This document shows, piece by piece, positions 53,741-64,000 of a DNA stretch of 64,000 nt; position 1 is the first letter of the stretch; each line of letters begins with the position of its first letter. The notes below the pieces were generated by a model. It did not search any database. It had not been told where the DNA came from and saw only the letters and a list, made by a program, of their open reading frames with translations. The DNA is from Octopus vulgaris (taxonomy: Eukaryota): assembly GCA_951406725.2 (NCBI GenBank), contig OX597816.1, positions 85,250,001-85,314,000 on the forward strand, read 5' to 3'. A program made the translations under genes and the position numbers.

Positions 53741-54483
53741 TGCATGTATATATATACATATATATATATGAATGTATATATACATATATATGTGTGTATA
53801 CATACATATACATACGTATAAACATACATATATATAAGCAGTGAGTGATGTGTATGAATAGAATCGTTACCAGTGTGTCTGTGTATATATGAATATCGAT
53901 TCTGTGTATGTGTGTATATACGCGCGCGTGTCTGTTAGTGTATTTGGCATATGGTTCTGTTTAGGCTATTGATCTTGATAATAAATCATTCATCTCGAAA
54001 AACACTAAGGAACAAAGTATCTTGAATACTTCAAGTACAACTCGTCACAAAGCAAGGTTTCTGTTTGACTGTTATATGCAGATAAGAAATATAAAATAGC
54101 CTGGCAGTCTTAATAAGAGGAACTATTTTCTAGACATGTGGGAATCGTTATAAAGTAAAGCCTTCATCTAATGCACTGAAAACTTTTGTGTAGGACATAT
54201 AAATATAATACGTTAATTATTCGTGTATATATTGACGTTTCCATTATATGGTATTTCACTTGTCATAAGATGGCCGCCGAAAAATCTATAAATCTCTTGG
54301 CAAAATGCTAAATTTTCATTTTAATTTCGCCAACAACACTCTTGCCAAAAATGTGAATGTCGAATTAGGTGATATATTTGGTTGAGATTTGTGTTAAAGA
54401 AGTAATTCTTGATATATGTCACATGTTTTCTGGGCAATTAAATCTTCAAGAAACAAAGAACTTATATAAACATACATGAATAC

Positions 54484-54565
54484 GTGTATGTATGTATGTA
54501 TGTATGTATGTATGTATGTATGTATGTATGTATGTATGTATGTATGTATGTATGTATGTATGTTT
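54484..54565. repeat. (TATG)n microsatellite
   Basis: Direct sequence. Confidence 0.95.
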
Positions 54566-55025
54566 GTATATACGTATGTATGAATGTATGCATGTTTGTA
54601 TATATGTACTTATGCATGCAAGTATGTATACATGTACCTATGTATATACGTATGCACCTACTTACCTACCTACCTACCTAACTACTTGCCTACCTACGTA
54701 TCTCTGTCTCTCTTTCTCTCTCTCTCTCTCTATCTCTATCTATATATCTGTTAAACTATTTCATCTGCTATCGTTTGACTTTGTGACGTTTGGCTATGCA
54801 ACAGCGCTACACTCAAAGGTTTTATAATTTTTAAAGCCTGGTACTTATTGTATCGGTCCCTTTTCCAGACCTGCTGATTCACGCTGACATAAAGCAACAC
54901 ACACATACCGGCTGATGGGCGGTGGTGCGGGAGGAACACAGACACTAAGACACGCACATACACGCGCGTCGCGTGCGTGTTTGCGTGTGTGCGTAAAAGT
55001 CGAACGATGAAAATAAATGCTTAAT

Positions 55026-55339
55026 AACATTTTCCTAGGAGAGGTAAACTCTGAGAGGAATCCTGCGACACTGACAATATTCGATGATGTAGACTAGTAC
55101 TTCTCGTTTTAGTTTATGTTGTCCATGTTTAGAGTGTGGGACCATTTGTGTGCAGCTCCTACACTCCTCTCCATAACGTTCTGCAACACTCTGTATGTCT
55201 CTGAGCAGGTATCGCCATGACCATCTTGTCATGATCAATGCGACGATCACACGCTACACATGTGCATTCTAAGCATTCTAAGTATATATATATATATATA
55301 TATATACGAGGGCTGATCGATAAATTTCCGGACATTTCT
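55026..55339 (+). repeat. Direct duplicate of 56340-56669
   Basis: Identical by eye except for (TA)n length. Confidence 0.9.
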
Positions 55340-55484
55340 ATGGTGGTTAACATTTCTTCATTTGTGAATTTGGGCTGCCATTGGTTCCATGGAGAAAGAG
55401 GAAATTATCTTAACTTTTCAAGCCGATCAATCGTGTTCGTGTGCATTTATATACATACATACATACATACATACATTCATACAT

Positions 55485-55994
55485 ACATGGTGGCTGCCCC
55501 CTCGTTATCGTGTATGGCCATTGCACGAAGCTTAATCAATGTTGTTATCGTGCAATGCTTGTGCAAGATTTTTTTTTAAGTGAGGAAAGGGTGTGCACAG
55601 AGTCAATCCCACTCATAAGGCAACAGCAGCTATAATCCGAAAAGAAGAACAAGTCCACATCATTGGTAACCACTGAGCCGTAGGTTTTATATCGGAGTTA
55701 TCCCAGTTACCTGAGTTACCTTCTCCTAGAAGGATGCCCTAACAGAGGCTAGGAGTCCTTCACTCCCAATGGTTTAACCGCGCGATCGAGTATTCAGTCC
55801 GATTATTTCTATGTCCCAACGCCTGATACAGCCTTAAGACATTTATTGGATGGCCGTTGACTCTCAAGAGTTCCTCCGCCCTTTGACGTGTCTTGTTTTT
55901 CATCCCGCAGGGTGTCTAGTAAACACCCTCCACACAAGCAAGCTTGATGGGGTTGCCAGTTTAGTCGCCGACGAGCCGACCATGCAACAGGTTG
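55485..55994 (-). mobile_element. Non-autonomous bipartite RTE-derived retroelement (5'UTR plus 3' tail) in (ATAC)n
   Basis: 55485-55530 resembles the RTE 3' end at 40489-40537; minus strand has the RTE 5'UTR-like motif CTAGGAGAAGGTAACT..ACTCCGATATAAAACC; (TACA)n on both sides. Confidence 0.6.
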
Positions 55995-56595
55995 TACATA
56001 CATGCATACATACATACATACATGCATGCATACATACATACATACATACATACATACATACATACATACATACATACATACATACATACATACACACACA
56101 CATATATATATATATAGTGGTTTTATCTCTGATTTAATTTATATATTACCCTTGTGGGTAATAAAGAAACAGATGTAATTTATATATATACATGCATACA
56201 TATTTATGTGTACATCCAACAATGTATGTACATATGTCTGAATGCATGTATGTATGCACGGAGACATGTAAATACCTGGGTTGGTGTCCTGGCACGCAGT
56301 TGGCCCACTGGGAAAGAGAGGGCCCTCTTTTGTTGCCACAACATTTTCCTAGGAGAGGTAAACTCTGAGAGGAATCCTGCGACACTGACAATATTCGATG
56401 ATGTAGACTAGTACTTCTCGTTTTAGTTTATGTTGTCCATGTTTAGAGTGTGGGACCATTTGTGTGCAGCTCCTACACTCCTCTCCATAACGTTCTGCAA
56501 CACTCTGTATGTCTCTGAGCAGGTATCGCCATGACCATCTTGTCATGATCAATGCGACGATCACACGCTACACATGTGCATTCTAAGCATTCTAA

Positions 56596-56636
<41 letters not shown>

Positions 56637-56637
<1 letters not shown>

Positions 56638-57404
56638 GAGGGCTGATCGATAAATTTCCGGACATTTCTGACTTCCGCTGTTTACAGCAGTGCTTAGAAT
56701 GCACATGTGTAGCGTGTGATCGTCGCATTGATCATGACAAGATGTTCATGGCGATACCTGCTCAGAGACATACAGAGTGTTGCAGAACGTTATGAAGAGG
56801 AGTGTAGGAGCCACACACAAATTAATGAGTGGTTCAGACGTTTCCAAGATGACCGAAAAATGACGATATTGCCGAACGTATTGGGAGACCTGCAACCAGC
56901 AGAACTGAGAAATAACATCGCATATGAGCATGCAGCTGTAAGGGAGAAATCATCGAATCACCACCCGTGAATTATTTGAGGTTGTGCAGATTAGTTACGC
57001 TTTATTTCAGTCCATTACATTGAAGATTCGGGTATAACATGTGTGTCTGGAAAGATTAGCTGACAAAAAAGACACTCGGGTTTCAGTTGCATAAGATCTT
57101 GATAATGTCTAGAACGATGAAAACTTTGAAAACTTTGCGTAGGCTTCTGAGCAGCTATCGCTGAGCTTTTGACAATATTGGATGCAGATTCTCTGCTAAA
57201 ATTTCTACGTCGTTCTCAATGAGAAGATAATATGCTACATACGTTCATTTGAAGCGCTACTGTAAACAGCGGAAGTAAGGTAGAACGTTAAAATTTAGGA
57301 CACATACAAAGATGTCACGCTCAATCTGTACTAAGCGGCTTTACTTTGCGTACTTTAGTTTCATTACTATAGCAAGTGTCCGGAGACTTATTGATCAGCA
57401 ATTG
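56637..57404 (+). mobile_element. Internally deleted mariner with both TIRs
   Basis: TA|CGAGGGCTGATCGATAAATTTCCGGACA ... TGTCCGGAGACTTATTGATCAGCAATTG; HTH relic GDTCSETY..YEEECRSHTQINEWFRRFQD. Confidence 0.8.
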
Positions 57405-57475
57405 TGTGTGTGTATTTTTATATATGTATGCATGTATATGTGTGACTGCGTGTGTGTGGAGTATATATGAATGTA

Positions 57476-57534
<59 letters not shown>

Positions 57535-57712
57535 TATTGAGAGAGAGAGAGAGAGAGAGAGATACAGAGATAGAGAAACTGTTTGCATGTGTATGCGTGT
57601 GCGTGTGCGTGTATTTGAAGAGGTGTGCATATACAGTATACTAAGAAGGAGGCAGTCAGAATTTTGGATAACTCTATATTAGTGTTTAGTCCGTTCAATC
57701 GAACATTTTGTA

Positions 57713-57747
<35 letters not shown>

Positions 57748-58080
57748 CAAGAACGTGCCACCTGGGTAGGCAAGTTAGGCTGTGCCTACCTTGAATAAAA
57801 TAGATTGATAGTAGCATTTCCATTTTATGGCAAAATATTCACGTAATTCAATAAAATCAAGAAGGCCACTCTGATTATTATGTATAAAATGCAAAATAAT
57901 CTATCTTTATGTAAATTCAGTAGGCATTCCTAAAACAACGTTTTCTTTACCCGCTATAAAGGCACAAATATATCTGCCTCCAGGTCACTCACGCACCTGT
58001 GTTTCGCATATTTTTTTCTGTGTTCTGCTACATATACGTCAACAACTGCCGACTCTGAGCAATTATTCACGGTACGTGCT

Positions 58081-58082
<2 letters not shown>

Positions 58083-58128
<46 letters not shown>

Positions 58129-58166
58129 GTATGTATATATATATGTGTGTGTTTATATATATATAT

Positions 58167-58217
<51 letters not shown>

Positions 58218-58236
58218 ATATTTATATATATATAGA

Positions 58237-58303
<67 letters not shown>
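58083..58303. repeat. Compound (TA)n microsatellite
   Basis: Direct sequence. Confidence 0.95.
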
Positions 58304-58304
<1 letters not shown>

Positions 58305-58306
<2 letters not shown>

Positions 58307-58870
58307 ATAATATCAAAGGGTAATCTGAAATATTAGAAATTTCCATTACCAGTGGACTAGCGTGTAAAAAAATTTAGTCAACAGACTATATATTATTCAT
58401 TTAAATACAGTGTACGTTTAAACACAAAAGAGGTACAATTAAATTCCAAACCACTATTAGGGATAAAATGTCGAATGGAATCAAAAATGAAATCATCTAC
58501 AATCTAACTCTTGGACATTTATCAGCAAACAAAATAATATGCTAGGCGAAGTCTTCTTCAGCAGGTGCACCTTAGATTAAATATATATACACGAGGCAAT
58601 CGTGTATATGCCTCGTGCTTATATAGTCTAATTTTTCAAATTTACAGAGGAAGCGCAGCTCCCTGTCAGCAGTGAATAAATATGCCGGCTTTTTCATTTC
58701 GAAAATTATCCCCCAAACAATTTATTAATAATTAGTAATATCAAAGGGTTATCTGAAATATTAGAAATTTTCATTGCCATTGTATATATATTTAATCTAA
58801 GGTGTACCTGCTGAAGAAGCCGGCATATATGTTTATATGCCGGCATATGTATTTATATACCGGCTTTCAA
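58305..58870. repeat. Rearranged repeat: homolog of 26965-27230 plus 39-bp inverted repeat and hairpins
   Basis: 58553-58591/58781-58819 inverted (1 mismatch); ~45-bp direct repeat at ~58307 and ~58737. Confidence 0.7.
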
Positions 58871-59538
58871 TCCACCTCTATCTTCCGAAAGCTTTCGTTG
58901 AAATAGCATAAACAACCTGTAACAGTCGATGTTTTCAAGTACAATACTAATTTCCTCTTACCTATATATATTTTTTGAGCGTACTGCATTTGGCTGTCAC
59001 TACTTCTATTACAGATGTCTCTATTTTATCATAATGATTTTCAGTGAATCACAGTATATTGTGATGCATATGTTATTTAGATAAATTGCTATTACGAATT
59101 CTATGAAATTTTTAATAAGATCTTTATTGTGGTTTACGCTAATTATTCCATTCGAATTTCTGGATGGTTTTCTTAGAGCTTTTTCCTTGTCTGTCATGGG
59201 GCTAAGTCTAATTTAACTGCATCCTTAATTTATATTAAAGATTATATCAGTCTTATATGTAATTAAAACAAAAGTCATATGTTAACTATGCTTTTAGTAT
59301 TTATTTACCCGGAATTTATTGGTATATGTGATTTATTGCGTTAGATATTACTTATATGTGACATACTGGTGAAGATGCCACACACCAACACATCCATATA
59401 TTTACAAACAACAGGAATTCTCTTCACTTAAAAAGTATTGTCACGTTGTTAGCGACCGGGTTGAACACTCTTAAAAATGATTTTAAAAATCTCAAAGAAA
59501 AAAATATATATGCGTATATATATGTATATATATGTACG

Positions 59539-59606
<68 letters not shown>

Positions 59607-59625
59607 CATATATACTTATACACAC

Positions 59626-59692
<67 letters not shown>

Positions 59693-60088
59693 CATATTAT
59701 GATGTGATCGGTGCTTAATACACTATAGCAGCATATACGAAGCATAATAGAAAATCAATGCCGATGAATACGAACAATTATTCCGCTTTTTAAAAAAAAA
59801 TCTAGTAGATTGTTTTTCTTTTTACATATATATATAAATGTAACTATTACATTCGGAACCAATATTATAAGATCAATATGATTTCAACTACGAGTCATTT
59901 ACCATACGTTAATGCAAACAATTATCGCAGAGACAGGTAGTCAAAATAGATATCAGTCAAAAATATTTATCGCATGAACAGATAATCACTGTAGAGGTGA
60001 TGGCCGCACAAAACCAGTCATAGACAGTAATACGATAATCTCATATATCTCAAACAAATGTATGTATACATGTACGAGTATATATGAG

Positions 60089-60153
<65 letters not shown>

Positions 60154-60610
60154 GACAGGAAAGTGAAGGTTATTATAATAGTTTCTTTAGATCTGTGGTC
60201 TCAAATAACAAAGATAACCCAGAAAGCATTATTTTCTAAATTTTCACTTGTCATCTTGCAAGTATATGATACCTTGATAAAACATGAAAGGGAGAATGCT
60301 ATCTCATCTCAAACAGGTAAAATTATTTTGAAACTTAACGTCATACACCCATATATATTTCACTTTTGTACTCAATAAGCACTTTCAATATATTCTGACA
60401 GTAATAAAATCAATTTGCTTCACCCAAATTTCGTTTCTATTACGTAAAAGGGAAACCTCAGTGTAAACATAAAGCAGTATAGAAACATCAGTATGATTGC
60501 TTTGTGAAATTATTACAAAACGGTACAGAGGCAAATCTACACTTCGCATAACTAAGAAAAACAGATGCATTTCATTGGTCAGTGACCAAACTGGTATCGT
60601 AAATACATGA

Positions 60611-60611
<1 letters not shown>

Positions 60612-60705
<94 letters not shown>

Positions 60706-60720
60706 GTGGTGGTGGTGATG
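60612..60720. repeat. (TAC)n(TAA)n compound microsatellite
   Basis: Direct sequence. Confidence 0.95.
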
Positions 60721-60729
60721 ATGAAGGTA

Positions 60730-60915
60730 TTAATAATTTCAAGTTTCGGCACAAGTCCAGAAATATGGAGGCAAAGTTAAATCGGTTACATCCTCCTTAG
60801 TGCTCGACTGGAAACTTATTCTATCGACATCGAAAAGATGCAAAACAAAGTGCACCTCAGCGTAATTTGAACTCTGAACGTAAACGCAGACAAAGCCTTG
60901 TTGCCAGCGTGCTAT
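60730..60915 (-). mobile_element. SINE family A, diverged
   Basis: TTCGGCACAAG..TATCGACATCGAAAAGATG..AATTTGAACTC..CAGCGTGCTA. Confidence 0.7.
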
Positions 60916-61559
60916 CATAGCGTACGGTTATAGCGCATAAAATGTGGTTATATATAATGGAGCATGTAAAAAATACAGCAATAAAATATATTCCAATAGC
61001 GAATAATTCCTGAAATGAGGACGATTCCATAAGGCTGCTCATGAAAACCCTTCAAAACTATGGTTGATACAACTGTTATATATGGCACAGGTTTCATGAT
61101 AACAACCCGATAAAAAAAAAAATCAGCCACTTAGCAAGCTCTTTAGTCAAAATCCTTAATTCAGTGTTAAGGATTTATCACAGTTATGGGTGGTCAATTT
61201 TCTGTCATCATCGTTCAGTTGTTCTGTTTGCAAGAACATCACAAACGGTAAACTTGAATTGGATGCTTCTAGTCTGTTGATATCTAACCTAGATAGCTGA
61301 CTATAAAAGGCAAGTAAGTGTGGCATGTGGGTGTGGTGTACATAGTTCTTTCAAATCACAGGCATACTAGACACTTTCTCCAATCGGTCTCATGATATCA
61401 ACTTTACGCTAGACATTGATTTTCCCCATTTCAAGACAATTTGGAAAAATGCAGAATGCAGTTGGTAAACTGATCGGTTATAAAATGTTTACTAAGATCC
61501 GCCATATAGCAAAATTCTTCTTATTACTACGACACGTCCAGCATTATTTTTTATCTTTC

Positions 61560-62100
61560 ACGTTCATTTTTTATTTAATTTTCACTTATAATAAGAATTT
61601 CAGACTCTTATAAATCTTATTATATTTAATTTTAATTTTCTTACCTTAAAATTTAATTTTTAACTTACTACATGATGAATATCTAAATATTTCATATTTG
61701 AATTCCTACATTGCAAATCTTTATTCTTAGATTTTGAATTCCAATTCAGTTTTCGTGTTTAATTTAATTTTTTTATACCTCATTTAAAAATTTTACTTTT
61801 AAAGTTTCCATTTTAACTTAAATATATTTTAATTTTTAGTTTTAAAAGTTTCATAATATGTTTCATATTGTTACATTTATTATTATTATTTCTTACTTTC
61901 CCATTTTATTGAAAACCTATTTAGATTCTTAATAATTAGGATTAAAAATTTTAATTATTAATTTTGATATTCAAATTCTATAATTTTTCTTTTTAATTTA
62001 AATTTTTACTATTTTACCTAATTGTGCGTTACATATTTTATTGAATCTATGTTATTTTTATCTATTCTAACATTATAGACGTCTTTTAACTAAAGTTTCA
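61560..62100. repeat. T-rich low-complexity tract
   Basis: Degenerate TTTTAA units. Confidence 0.7.
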
Positions 62101-62175
62101 TAAGTAAGACTAGCATGTTTCTGGCTTTTAGAAATCCGGTGGGTTATACTGGAGGCCTTTTCTCCTGCAGTAAAC

Positions 62176-62581
62176 ATGTTTATAGTAGCCGGCCAGTTGT
62201 AACGAGAACTGTTTAAGTTTAAAGGAACTCGAAGTTCTGAATGTCAGTGTATCATGCTTTTGTCATTTGATAAATTACACGCTCGCACGCTCAAACACAC
62301 ACATACTCTCTCTCGCGCGCGCGTACACACATATAAATATTTTATATATACTCTTTACTCTCTTTTACTATTTTACTCTTTTACTTGTTTCAGTCATTTG
62401 ACCGCGGCCATGCTGGAGCACCGTCTTTAGTCGAGCAAATCGACCCCGGGACTTCTTCTTTGTAAGCCCAGTACTTGTTCTATCGGTTTCTTTTGCCGAT
62501 CCGCTAAATGACGGGGACGTAAACACACTAGCATCGGTTGTCAAGCAATGCAAGGGGACAAACACAGAGACACAATCACAC

Positions 62582-62629
<48 letters not shown>

Positions 62630-62864
62630 ATATATATATACATATATACGACAGGCTTCTTTCAGTTTCCGTCTACCAGATCCACTCACAAGGCATTGGT
62701 CGGCTCGGAGCTATAGCAGAAGACACTTACCCAAGATGCCACGCAGTGGGACTGAACCCGCAACCATGCGGTTGGTTAGCAAGCTACTTACCACACAGCC
62801 ACTCCTGCGCCTATACACTGACAAGCATATGCACATACATACGAATATAGATATAACTATGTAC

Positions 62865-62916
<52 letters not shown>

Positions 62917-63260
62917 GTATATGCATGTATAGATATGCAAAAATGAATTAGCGCAATAGTGTCTGATAGAAATACTCAGGACCTTCGCATTTAAGACCTC
63001 AGAACAACACTAACTGAAAGACAGTACCCAGCCTGACTTATAAATAATGGAATTAAGCGTGCTAAGAATTTAGACATTAAAACACTAAAACACATATTTA
63101 TATGTGTGTACGCGCGCGCGAGAGAGAGAGTATGTGTGTGTTTGTGCGTGCGAGTGTGTGATTTATCAAATGACAAAAGTATGATACACTGACATTCAGA
63201 ACTTCGAGTTCCTTTAAACTTATACAGTTCTCGTTACATCTGGTCGGCTACTATAAACAT
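62176..63260. repeat. ~165-bp inverted repeat pair (62176-62340 and 63094-63260)
   Basis: Near-perfect reverse complements, including embedded (CA)/(TC)/(CG) runs. Confidence 0.9.
62350..62812 (-). mobile_element. SINE family B, full length, low divergence
   Basis: Reverse complement of 1747-2160. Confidence 0.92.
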
Positions 63261-63985
63261 AACACCATTCCTCATCTCATAACACAACTGTATATATCAA
63301 CTCAAAACTCTAGAAACAATGAGATATACAACACTAGAGTACTAATTTCACTAGAGATCCAAAAATGCATAACATTCTAAAAGCACATAAATTCATCAAA
63401 CGCAAAAGGCAACACAAGTTGCTAAAAAGACTTCTAACGAATACCTAGCTTTACACCATAACTACGAAACCAACGGTTAAAAAATGGAGGGTTCTTTCAA
63501 ACAAGAACAGAAGTTCACAATTAAAGCCAACTTCACTCGTGTTTCCGAGAATCTAATTTATGCTATAACTTGCTCAGGTTGTGGACATACTTTATAGGAT
63601 AGACTAGTATGACACTGAGACGGAAAACCACATTATATAAAGTACAGATCCGCCTCCTGCAAAACAGACAGTTTTCTTTGAGTGAATACATAGAGAGATG
63701 ATCAGGTAATATCCAACCTATCTACCAGTGCAAAGAAACAATTTATGTTCTAGAACGTTGAAATAAAGAAAGTTTGTTCATCGAAAAATACATAACATGT
63801 CTAAACACATAAGCAACTATGACCTCAGCATATATTTTAATTCATGATAACATGCGTATCACTGAACGTATTTCTTTTCACCACTTTCTGTTTTGAGATT
63901 TTGTAAATATTTATCCCCTCCCCGAAAGACGAACAATTACTTCTGTCGTGATTAGCGGAAGCGAAACCGGTGGACAAATACAATA
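63261..63985 (+). mobile_element. Penelope-like element (Neptune-type) 3' remnant with GIY-YIG relic and decayed hammerhead
   Basis: HKFIKRKRQHKLLKRLLT; FTIKANFTRVSENLIYAITCSGCGH..IG*TSMTLRRK..QIR; NKESLFIEKY..LN; motif GTC GTGATTA GC GGAA GC GAAACCGGTG GAC at 63945-63975. Confidence 0.85.
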
Positions 63986-64000
63986 TAAAATATAAATAAA

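Noticed and set aside
58960-59200. Minus-strand short frame and AG|GTAAGA donor-like site
   Set aside because: No identifiable homology; such sites occur by chance in AT-rich DNA.

Overview
AT-rich, microsatellite-dense eukaryotic intergenic or intronic DNA. The SINE and LINE families look like those of an octopus (coleoid cephalopod); this is inferred from recognised repeat sequences, not from a search. No intact protein-coding gene is supported, and almost all listed ORFs are translations of microsatellites or broken transposons. Contents: (i) many tRNA-derived SINEs of at least three families; (ii) decayed LINEs (Dong/R4 in (TAA)n arrays, HERO, RTE, CR1-like, L1/Tx1-like), two Penelope-like GIY-YIG remnants, mariner remnants and MITEs; (iii) several fold-back (inverted-arm) elements carrying minimal hammerhead-ribozyme motifs pointing outward; (iv) stop-riddled minus-strand gene relics that the ORF track misses: two apparent Mab-21/cGAS-like receptor (cGLR) copies (~150-1375 and ~37650-39990), a beta-1,4-galactosyltransferase (GT7)-like relic (~35180-36000) and a weaker METTL24-like candidate. 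The pseudogene calls come from manual translation and recalled motifs and need HMM confirmation.
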